Below are positions 28,137 to 39,406 of a stretch of DNA of 64,000 nucleotides, one piece after another (within the stretch, counting starts at the first letter, position 1; each line of letters starts with the position of its first letter). The notes beneath the pieces are model-generated. The model was not told the DNA's origin, did no database searches, and saw nothing but the letters and a program-made list of their open reading frames with translations. The position numbers and the translations under genes are program-made. The DNA is from Octopus vulgaris (taxonomy: Eukaryota), in contig OX597829.1 in assembly GCA_951406725.2 (NCBI GenBank), positions 26,660,001-26,724,000 of the forward strand, in the 5' to 3' direction.

Positions 28137-28184
28137 GTCTTACAGCTGTTTCTGTGATATTTAGGGATATCCTTCACCAGAGAC
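28137..28184 (-). ncRNA. Minimal hammerhead-like motif
   Basis: gtct-CTGGTGA-ag..-GAAA-cagctg-TA-agac: stem I GTCT/AGAC and palindromic stem III; one core substitution. Confidence 0.45.
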
Positions 28185-28480
28185 GATGTGAGATGGTTAA
28201 ATAGAAGGAAATATTAGAGTTCAATATGAGGAGTTATTTTGGAAAAAGAAGCAAATAAGGAGTAAGTAGGGAAATAGACGAATGAATGTAGAAATAAAAT
28301 GTATAAAAATGTTATAGTTGCAGTTCTATTATCCAAACAAAGTGGTGTGTAGAAACATTTCTACCACATACATACCCCTTAACGTATATATACATATTTA
28401 TAGATATATACATACATATATATTATTTAACATACATATATATATACATACATATATATATACATACATATATATTATTT

Positions 28481-28512
<32 letters not shown>

Positions 28513-28515
<3 letters not shown>

Positions 28516-29054
28516 TTTATAATTAGAGTTCAGCAAAGATTTGCTTTACCACATACCGAAGTTTAGAAATAGCAGCCAAAAAAACTTAGCTATTTCTTCT
28601 ACTTTAAAAAGGGACTCCCAGAAAAAACCAAAATACTTGAAAACAATCCACGCAGGCAGAGAGGAAAAATAACGAAAATCAATCTAAATCTGGTCACCTA
28701 TGTACGCGTTTCGGAATTAGATCGGTATAAAGAATATACAATTATACTTTACCCAACCATTTTCTTCATCAGCATGGGACTCCAACAATATTAAATATTG
28801 AAGAAAATGGTTGGGTAAAGTATAATTCTATATTCTTTATACCGATCTAATTCCGAAACGCGTACATGGGTAATCAAATATCGATTGATTTTCGTTATTT
28901 TTCCTTTCTGCCTGCGTGGATTGTTTTCAAGTGTTTTGGTTTTTTCTGGGAGTCCCTTTTTAAAGTAGAAGAAATAGCTCAGGTTTTTTGGCTGCTATTT
29001 CTAAACTTCGGTATGTGGTAAAGCAAATCTTTGCTGAACCCTAATTATAAAGTA
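28513..29054. repeat. Inverted repeat with about 255-bp arms (inverted Penelope-like pLTRs) containing a hammerhead motif
   Basis: Arms about 28513-28768 and 28799-29054; minus strand cccatg-CTGATGA-agaa...ttcc-GAAA-cgcg-TA-catagg at 28697-28778. Confidence 0.85.
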
Positions 29055-29177
29055 TTACTTAATTTTACCGTGAAATGGTCCTTTTTCATGCCGAATTCTA
29101 CTTGGTGAAATTATTGATTACTTCTTAATTATTTAATTTTACCCTTTGTTATTATTGATATATATCCGGGAATCCGG

Positions 29178-29500
29178 GACCCCCTTCGGTCACGACACTG
29201 ACCATGGGATTGCACCTAGAAAGTTACCCTCCTAGTCACAAGTCTGGGCAAGGTGGTTTATGGAAGACCAGCAGTCGCCCATGCATACTGGCCTCCCCTC
29301 TCCACGCCACCAGTGTTATCCAAGGGAAAGGCAAAGGCCGATACAGCTTGGCACCTGTGACGTCGCAACTCATTTCTACAGCTGAGTGAACTGGAGCAAC
29401 GTGAAATAAAGTGCCTTGCTCAAGAACACAATACGCAGCCCGGTCCTTGATTCGAGCTCACAACCTCACGATCGTAAGCTCGACGCTCTAACCACTGAGC
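29178..29500 (-). mobile_element. SINE family C
   Basis: Homologous to 19637-19972. Confidence 0.85.
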
Positions 29501-29519
29501 CTCTGTTATTATTCATTTG

Positions 29520-29558
<39 letters not shown>

Positions 29559-29560
29559 TT

Positions 29561-29667
<107 letters not shown>

Positions 29668-29871
29668 ATGTGAAATAGAAAGATGAATAATCTTGTAGTA
29701 GATTAATCAAAAGTTTAACCGATACCTTAGTAGCAAAAATCACAGCAGTAAACAGCACGGTTGGAGGTACAACCATATGGTGTTGCAACCGTGCGTTGGT
29801 GCGGATAATTGAAATTAAAATATTATTGGTGAATTGAAGAAATGGAGCTGAACGCAGATTGAACAGAAATC

Positions 29872-30005
<134 letters not shown>

Positions 30006-30349
30006 CAAATGAATAATAACAGAGGAGGGATAAATGGATAAATCCATTGTCTGTTATCATTCATTTGCTTATAATGCACCATATGGAAGCACGGCACGTC
30101 AGACACCCCAGATTATACCAAACAACGTATGATCAACACAACATGCGCTTTGGACCAGTCCCTAGGCGCTGAATACTCGTAGGGGTACTTTTCTCTCTGT
30201 GCACAACCTGAATATTCTACTGGATAATTAAGTTGATCTCAGGTTAATTCAACTCTACCTGATACATATTATTTAAGTACTCGATCCTATAAAAAAAAGT
30301 CATCATCATCATCATTATCATTATTATTATTATTACTATTATTATTATT

Positions 30350-30385
<36 letters not shown>

Positions 30386-30400
30386 TTTATTATTATTATT

Positions 30401-30447
<47 letters not shown>

Positions 30448-30470
30448 TATCCTCATTATCATTATTATAT

Positions 30471-30508
<38 letters not shown>

Positions 30509-31100
30509 ACTAATTCATTTACGTATGTCTTCTGATGATATCACCAATTATGACCGTAAACTTGCAGTTCATTAAAGTCTCCCGATAGAATTAACACCAG
30601 AATTCATGCGCGCGCGCGTGTATGTGTGTAAGAAAAGGTTAAGTTCTGATTCATCTTTTACTTTGAGGGGTTCCAAAGTTCGATTTCTAATAAAGATTCT
30701 TCATATCAAATTGGTAGCTTTTTTTTTTCGAATATGAAAATGTTACAAGTATAAGGTGTGTTATGAGCATTTATAGAACACATATCCTATAGAGACTCAA
30801 CGAACAATTAAATATACGATCGTTTCAAACGGTAACATTAACATGTAAATAGCATGGAAAAAATAGAAATTAATTTAATTATAATTATAATTAAATTAAT
30901 TACATATTACTGTTCTCCTCAGTGCGAAAGAAGAATACATCAGAATATAATATTGTTACAAAAAGCTAGATGGAGTGAATGTCACTTAATATATTCGGAT
31001 ATTCATAATATGCCTATGAAAGATGAAAGATAAAAACATGCTAAGCTAGTGCTGAGTCTAGTTGTGCATCAACTACATATTATTATATATACTTGGAAAT

Positions 31101-31154
<54 letters not shown>

Positions 31155-31232
31155 AAGGTCTCAAAATGACCGAAACCGGTACTGAAATGTTCTTTATAAA
31201 AATATTTTAGCATTTTCTATCTTGACTTGTTT

Positions 31233-31295
<63 letters not shown>

Positions 31296-31763
31296 TATAT
31301 ATGTATATATACACACACACATATGCATATATGGGTACAGGACGTCACCAACGGTGCAAATAACATGAAATACATAAACAAACGAGCAAAATACGTAAAC
31401 AACGAGAAAAATGGAAAACAGGAGAAGTAATCACAGAGAAAGGACCCGTCATCAGTTGTCGGCTGTCTGTCTACTCATCATTTCGAGCATTCAACGACAA
31501 TACGAGTCTTCAAAGACAGTTGCTCCCAGAAATTCTGAAATATAATTTAGGATTTATGGAGGGTCAAAATTGGAAACGAAAAAGTAACAGTGGAGACATA
31601 CAAGGAAACCGAATGAAAACAAACATGGAGGGTCGTTAGACCAGAACGAGAGGGAAATGCATATGTGGGTACAGGACGTCACCAACGGTGCAAATAACAT
31701 GAAATACGTAAATAAACGAGTGTATCTATCTAACTATCTATCTATCTATCTATCTATCTATCA

Positions 31764-31813
<50 letters not shown>

Positions 31814-31825
31814 TTATATATATAT

Positions 31826-31991
31826 AGGCGCAGGAGTGGCTGTGTGGTAAGTAGCTTGTTTACCAACCACATGCTTCCAGGTTCAGTCCCACTGCGTGGC
31901 ACCTTGGGCAAGTGTCTTCTACTATAGCCTCGGGCCGACCAAAGCCTTGTGAGTGGATTTGGTAGATGGAAACTGAAAGAAGCCCGTCGTA

Positions 31992-32022
<31 letters not shown>

Positions 32023-32235
32023 GCGTGTGTGTGTGTGTTTGTGTGTCTGTGTTTGTCCCCCTAGCATGGCTTGACAACCGATGCAGGTGTGTTTATGTCC
32101 CCGTTACTTAGCGGTTCGGCAAAAGAGGCCGATAGAATAAGTACTGGGCTTACAAAAGAATAAGTCCCGGGGTCGAGTTGCTCGATTAAAGGCGGTGCTC
32201 CAGCATGGCCGCAGTCAAATGACTGAAACGAGTAA
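31826..32235 (+). mobile_element. SINE family A, full length
   Basis: ggcgcaggagtggctgtgtggtaagtagc..ggttcagtccc head, internal (TA)(TG), tail caaatgactgaaac. Confidence 0.9.
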
Positions 32236-32247
32236 ATGAGTAAATGA

Positions 32248-32316
<69 letters not shown>

Positions 32317-32896
32317 CTGGCAGCTAACCATGGTTTCACCCGGTTGGTTTGGATGATGTGGTTATTAATCCTGCTCTGTGTAAACATTCGAATTGTTTGG
32401 GCACGCTTACATCAAAAAACAATTTTAGAATGACTTTTTTCTCTCAAAACGCTAAAAATAACTGACCAGCAAAAAAAACAACCAATATTCAACCAAGTCA
32501 AAAAAATAAACGAAGATGAACCATTCCATTTCCATACCATTGCGCGCGCGCACTCAAACACACACACACACACATCCACATACTCCCCATTTACATATAC
32601 ATACAGAGATGAAACGCTGTTTGATCTAGTTTTTCAGCGTACAATTTTCATCATCCCACTACCAAGTATCATATCACCTCTTCCTTCCTTGTTCATCTAT
32701 CACCCCTTCTTTTCTCATTCATAAACACAAGAGTATTATTATTGTAGATTATCTCAGCAAGCATGGGAGTTATGAAAAAAAATACAAAGCCCAGCAACAC
32801 CACCGGATCATTCTACACATTTGTGTAATTTTTTGCGCAATTCCACCAAGCTGTTTGACCGTGAATCCCAAGGCAAGAAAGATTCGGCCATGTCAA

Positions 32897-32972
<76 letters not shown>

Positions 32973-33985
32973 GGTTGGAGTAACCATCTAAGGGATAGAA
33001 ATATCCATTATTACTAGCGGTATAAACTAGCTTTGTTAACCCTGGGCATGGATATGCAAGCATACTATGCTCATAGGATACAGGCAATAACAAAATAAAC
33101 AAGTGCTTATCAGGAATCAAATTTAAATTAGCAGAAAATGGATGAGATTTTTGATCAATAAACATATTGACTACCATTGGTTATTATTATTTTTTAAAGT
33201 TTTTTTTTAAGTTATGTATTTAAAAAAATAATAATCGATGGTAGTCAATTTCTTTGTTGATCAAAAACTTTCTCCATTTTCTGTTTAATTTATATATATA
33301 TATATAATTTATTATTTAATTGAACGCGACGCATCCATTTCCAAGAAAGTTTATCTTCACCTTTTTGATGCGACTCTCTACTCTATACTGCTTTCTACCT
33401 CCATCCTTCTCTAATTCCCTTTTTCTCCCCCTCCCTCCTTCACCGTTTTCTACTTGTCTCTCTCTCTCTTCACCTCTTTCTCTTTTTTCTTTCTCTCTCT
33501 TTCGTTGTTCAGACGTGACCATCATCCATCTTTCTTTTCCTCACGCGACCATCTTCCTTTTCATGCACAGACGTTTAAAAGAACGGACGTGTTTTTCTCT
33601 CTTTCTCTCTTCTATCTTTTCGCTTTTCAAAAATAATCCTTCTCCCAGCGTTCACTATATTTATATATATATATTCACATATACATATAATAATGTACAT
33701 TTAAACACAAGAGAAACTACCTTCAACAAGCAGTCTTACACGCTAGAAGAGGATCCTTTCCTTTTGATGGACGGAATTTTCTAGTTAACTAAACAATTTG
33801 AAACTTCGTATACTGGTAGAATGTGTCAAGAGAAAACATTATTGTAAACAAAATTGAAAACAAAATTGTAATTTGTAAGTTTAACGTAGTTTAATTCTTC
33901 GAATTTTAACCAATGAAATGCCAGCATTTGAGCTCAAATCATTTGCTGCGTCTAAAAACTCAGACAATATCCTCTTGCAACGTAA

Positions 33986-34051
<66 letters not shown>

Positions 34052-34766
34052 TTATTCATCCTTCTCTCTTCTGTCTGATAAACAAAAGCGGAAGGAGGAG
34101 GCATGTGCTAGAAATAACAGCTATATCTCTTAAATCGATGAATTTCGTCGCCCAATAAAAATATTAACGATATTTTTTTAATATTTTCTTTACTTTTTTT
34201 TACCGAAAAGGCTTCTCCCATGGTTTTGAAGGGCCAGAAATAACAAAAACAAAACAATAATATGCCTAAATCGGTCTAGAGGGTGCGCGTGGAGTGTGGG
34301 TCGTATTGTAAAAATTTGCGAAATATTTTTTCATAAAAGGATGCCCCAGCTTGTCGGAGGCTGTGATATAAATTGGGAAAAAAATCCTCGACACCAGTGC
34401 GTAATTGGTACTTAATTTATCGACCTCGAAACGATGAAACATTGACCCCTCCCCCTTCTGGTTTATTTACCTTTTGTGTAAATTTGTTGCGGCAAGGGGC
34501 AAAACACAGAGGGGACAAAGCATGAGATACAAAAGTATTAAGTCGATTTTATCGACACCAGTGCGAACTCACGAACGTGTATGTATGCTTGTGTGCGTAT
34601 GTGTGTGTATGTATATCTCCGTTTGTATGTGTGTGTACGCTTATATATTAATTACTATGTGCTTGTGCAAATGTATATGCATGTGTTTGAGAGAAAGAGA
34701 GAGAGAGAGAAAGAGAGAGAGTGACAGAGAGTGTGTGTGTGCAAGTGTACGTGTGTATATATCTGA

Positions 34767-34809
<43 letters not shown>

Positions 34810-35120
34810 CGGCGTGCGTCTGCTATGTTTGTTTATCAATATCGATAACGCAGCAAATGATTTGAGCTCAAATGCTGGCATTTCATTGGTTAAAATTCGA
34901 AGAATTAAACTACGTTAAACTTACAAATTACAATTTTGTTTTCAATTTTGTTTACAATATTCTTTTCTTTTGACACATTCTACCAGTATACGAAGTTTCA
35001 AATTGTTTAGTTAACTAGAAAGATCCCTAGAAGAAGTAGTCAAAACCACTAAAACCACGTTTAAGAGCAATCTCTAAAAGGAATGAAAAATAAAAAAACC
35101 TTTACCTTGTTATTCTATTC

Positions 35121-35192
35121 CGATCAGACCTAGGTTTCGAATTTTTTTAGCAAATAAAACAATTTGCTAGGCGAACCTCTCATCAGTGACCG
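35121..35192 (-). ncRNA. Type I hammerhead ribozyme with canonical core
   Basis: cggtca-CTGATGA-gag...ttc-GAAA-cctagg-TC-tgatcg: stem I, palindromic ACCTAGGT stem III, GUC triplet. Confidence 0.7.
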
Positions 35193-35452
35193 CGCCACAA
35201 CACCGGTTGTCAAGCAATATAGTATAATGTATAACGATGAGACACATGTTATTCGTCTCTTAATTATATATTAGTGTTATTGGACGTTTTGTCTACTTCT
35301 TCTAGCGTGTAAGACTGGTTGCTGAAGGCAGTTTCTCTCGTGTTTAAATGTACATTATTTTATATTGAGAATATGTTGTCTATTGACTTTTTATATATGC
35401 TAGGCCACTGGTAGTGAAATTTCTAAAAAGAACTCGCTACCCTATATTTTAC

Positions 35453-35492
<40 letters not shown>

Positions 35493-35521
35493 TACATATA
35501 AGAGAGAGAGTACGTACGCCG

Positions 35522-35567
<46 letters not shown>

Positions 35568-35689
35568 CCAAGATGTTGCTCCAGTACGGTCGCGGTTTAT
35601 TAATTGAAGCCTAAATTTTTTTAATGTACTAAAGTGTCAAAGATTTTTCCCTTTGATGATTGTCTGAATGCCGCCTAATTTCTCTCTTT

Positions 35690-36000
35690 CGTTTCCCTCC
35701 CCTTCTTTATGCCATGTAACTTTGTTTTACGCTCACTTTGCTCCAACCGCAAAACTGCCATCTTTATAACTGTGCGAGTTTCGTAAGTGGAATTGTCTCT
35801 CTTTGTCCCTCTGCCTCATCCTGCCGTCAACCTGCCCGTTTCTGGCGATGTTAGAAACCACTACCCTTGCGGGCCCCGCCAAGCTGCTGTGTATAGCTAC
35901 TGTGTTCGACCAAAACGACCACTTATATCAGCCTACCTTCAAGCAAGGAAGCCGAGAAAGGCTTCGAGGCGTAAACTACAGATTGGCCGTGAAGTAACAC
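35690..36000. promoter_or_regulatory. Possible promoter or first-exon region
   Basis: Unique, relatively CpG-rich sequence with YY1-like GCCATCTT (35757-35764) and a GTAAGT donor-like site at 35783; weak evidence only. Confidence 0.25.
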
Positions 36001-36053
36001 TTAAGCCTATGATAAACATCGTACCCGAAGAGGGTTCAGACTATACTGTAGAG

Positions 36054-36249
36054 CAGTGCTTTTCAAACTTTTGCTGGAGTGGAACCCCAAGGAAACATTC
36101 CACTGGCTCGAGGAATCCCTGTGCAATAATTTGTCTTATGCACACATATCTGCACAGGAGAATTAAAAATTACTGCCGATTTTAGCAGTTTTGTAACTTT
36201 TTGCGGAACCCCTGGACTATACTGGCGGAACCCTGGTTGAAAACCACTG
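36054..36249. mobile_element. hAT (Charlie-like) MITE
   Basis: TIRs CAGTGCTTTTCAA / TTGAAAACCACTG; perfect 8-bp TSD CTGTAGAG at 36046-36053 and 36250-36257. Confidence 0.9.
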
Positions 36250-37724
36250 CTGTAGAGTATTGATGATCAGAAATGACATGAAAAATGGATGTTATTGTTG
36301 CGTTCTGTTATTTCATAAGTGAGTAACAGGTATGGGATCTATTCAATTTGACGACCAGATTTTTTTTTTAATTTTTTAAAACTGAACACTTTGAAACTTC
36401 GGATACTGGTAGAATGTGTCACATAGAACAGAGTTTACTCTTAACGTTTTTTTGACAAAATTTTGTATTTTAGAAGTTATTTCGTGCTAAAGTTGTCGTA
36501 TTGGAGTAATTTTAACCAATCAATGATGTGTATTCAACTGAAGAAAATAATTGCTGCTGTTTGCGAACAACTTCTAGGTCCACTGAGAAAATGATGATAT
36601 GCACACACACACACACACACACATTAATAATAGGCAGAGTGATAATGGCCAAGTTCCTGTTTGATAAGTGCCAATGATATATATACATATATGCCAATGA
36701 TATATATACATACAGTGTAAAAAAAAATCTCATCACACAATCGAACCAATGAAAGAGCCTCTACCTGGTCGTTCGACACGATTAGAACAGCAGCCAAAGT
36801 ATCCTCCTACGTAAATCACACGCCCATTGTACGTAATGCCCTAGATTATCCCTAAAAAGACGGTTTGCTGAAGGTTGGAATGTCTTTGATGATAGGTTTG
36901 CTGTATCAAGATTGATTTGAGGCTAAATAACAACAAAATTATGATAAATTTCTATATTAACATTGCACGATTTTCACTAAGCAAAAAAAAAACTTGGATT
37001 TTTTGCATGGAGTCAAGTACCTTGACCTCCTAATATGCTGCAAATCCCTTATTTTGGTTCGGAAAAAAAGGGTTGGGTGGGATGAGGTGGAAGCCTCGGA
37101 AATTTCACCCCTCACCGCTATTCCAGATTTCACTCCACTTGTGTGAGTGTGTGTGTTTGAATTTTGCATCTGGTGGCGCGTGGGGAAACTGCGACCTGCC
37201 GTCACAGACGTGAAGTTGTGCGTTGTCGCGCAGAGTAACACATTATAAGACAACGACGAGTTGTAACAGCGTGGTGAAGCACAGAGTAGTGCGTTGCAAT
37301 GGTCTCAGTTTTGTCCATCGACATACTTGATCATTATCGGATCTACTAAGCCAGTCTTTTCAATTTCCCCTGCTTCTTTGAACTACATTCTGGTTTCTAC
37401 CTTAAGAACAAGGCATCCATCTATGGGGAGGGACATAATTGATTCTGTCGACTCCAGAATACGACTTGGGCTTTGTTTTCTTGTCCACTGAACGATGAAA
37501 GACCAAGTTGACTTGAGTAAGTTTTATCTAAAGATCAAAAAATGCTTTATTTACGTACGATAAAACAGATCACATTTTAAATTATAACATTTAAATACAA
37601 AGAAACAGAAAAGAGCGATAAAAAAAAAAGAAAAGAAAAGACGAAAAAAATGGGGTGGGGTAAAACAGCAGAAGATGGAGGGGAGGGGCGTTGGGCCACA
37701 TACTACAAAAGAAATTGTATGCTC

Positions 37725-38017
37725 AGCCGTAGCCCGCGGTAATAACGTTGCGACGAAGAATAGCCAGCGATACTTGCTGTAGCTGGCACTCCACTTCGTT
37801 TCTCCGACAGACTGCCATAATCCCGATTTAGCAGAGGATATCGGTAATGCGGGATCTGAGAACACTTGACGTCTCGACGGTGACCGGCACAAACTGATAG
37901 CGGCCGGTCGGGTCCTTGTATTTATTAACTTTTGTCTTCTCGGCATTACAGGCGGGGGTACGCAATTTTGCAGCATATTCAGTAAGATTGGAAAAGCCAC
38001 TAAAAGTTGTCACCAAA
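37725..38017 (-). pseudogene. C-terminal RLE endonuclease fragment of a CRE-like non-LTR element
   Basis: AEKTKVNKY..RYQFVPVTVETSSVL..IG..E..LQQVSLAILRRN resembles the CRE pattern AE..K..KY..F.P.AVET.G..QR.SLAI.RGN. Confidence 0.6.
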
Positions 38018-38080
38018 AGATGTCTTGCAAACAACTTGCACATGCAAGTGCTACCAGTTAAAAGCTCCGTATACCGGAAG

Positions 38081-38192
38081 CTAGCAAGTGTATGGGGTCA
38101 TCAGGAGAGAATGCGCGCCGTTTCGGGGCCTACCTCTCGACGACATCAATGCGCACCGGCCCCCCTCACTGATATGAGGCCCCGCTTGCTAG
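38081..38192 (-). ncRNA. Candidate permuted, pseudoknotted hammerhead ribozyme in the HERO 3' UTR
   Basis: Minus strand: ctagcaag-c-ggggcct..gtcgTC-gagagg-t-aggcccc-GAAA-cggc..tctctc-CTGATGA..cttgctag; all three stems are complementary but in non-canonical order. Confidence 0.55.
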
Positions 38193-38212
38193 ATCAGCTG
38201 GTTATGAAGAAC

Positions 38213-39397
38213 TCAATATACTTCTAGCCATCGCTCATCGTCTCTTTTTAACCAAATCCAGTGGCTAGCCTTCTCCACTGTAGATTGGATATCAGTCATG
38301 GTGGTATTGACTTTACGATGAGTTAAGCCTATCGATAACAACAGTCGTCTCACGCTGTGTCCAACAAAACCTCTACATCCAACTTCGATAGGAAAATGTT
38401 CCGCTTTCCAGCCTGCGTCTTCACATTCCTCGAGGAGACTTTCATAACGGTTCAATTTTCGAGCCCGAGCGGCGTCCATATTATCTTCATGAGGAACCGT
38501 TAGCTCGACTATATTTACAACTTTCTTTCTTTCACACCACATCAAAATATCTGGTTTTTTCGAAACTGGGATGGGAAAGAAAACCTGGCACCCAGGTAAA
38601 TCTGCAGTTACCTCCCAATAGCCGTTCCACTTTTCATTTTTCTCAGGAAGTTTCTTGATCTTCTTCTTGAAACGGATCCGCTGACCTGGTCGCACGAAGG
38701 TAATAAAATCTCTTGATGGTACTTTTAACGGTTTTTCCTCAGTGTTGTTGAGATGAATTTGATTCTTTATAGCATTGAAGATAACCTTAAGAACCAAGTT
38801 GTGCCTCCATGTATACCTGTTCAATGCTAAAGAACAGTTAGAAAGAATATGTTTTAGTGTACCGACCTTTCCACATTTGCAGATATCATTCTCTAAGACG
38901 TTCCATCTTACTAGATTCGTAGATGATGGCAAAACATCATAAGATGAACGAATCAGGAAACTCAGCCGAGATGTCGTCCACTTCCACATCTCATCCCAAC
39001 TTATCTTCCTCTCAACAACATGTTCTTTCCATCTCGTCATCTGACCTTGATGAACACATCGAATCAAATGAAGCTCTCTTCTCTCTGCTTCTCTTGTTTT
39101 GACGCTGTTGCTAACAACAGATCTGTGTTCACTCCGCATCATGCTTGCAAACGGTCTGAACTGATCAACGCCAAAAACAAGTCCTTTCCGATGGTTCTGC
39201 GTTGCTCCCACCATATCTCTGTGTATAAGAGAAGACAAGATGTTGTCAGTTTCTGCTTCTGTTTTCCACTTCCTGGCTGTTTTCACCTCTGGTGGGTTAC
39301 GCCTGATTTCCATATCCTTCGATTCTCTCAGCATCATGACCGTCCGTATCTTCCCCAGCTTATATACTTCGACTATTGATGCTATTGGTACCTGCAA
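38213..39397 (-). pseudogene. HERO-like ORF C-terminus: CCHC knuckle and restriction-like endonuclease
   Basis: CKCGKVGTLKHILSNC, RYTWRHN, KKPDILMW, VELTVPHED, KLNRY, PIEVGCRGF, EKASHWIW. Confidence 0.9.
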
Positions 39398-39406
39398 CGA
39401 ACCTCT

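Noticed and set aside
31154-31183. ggtc..gaccGAAAccggTA half hammerhead
   Set aside because: The CUGANGA half is missing (truncated at the TA tract), so it is only a remnant.
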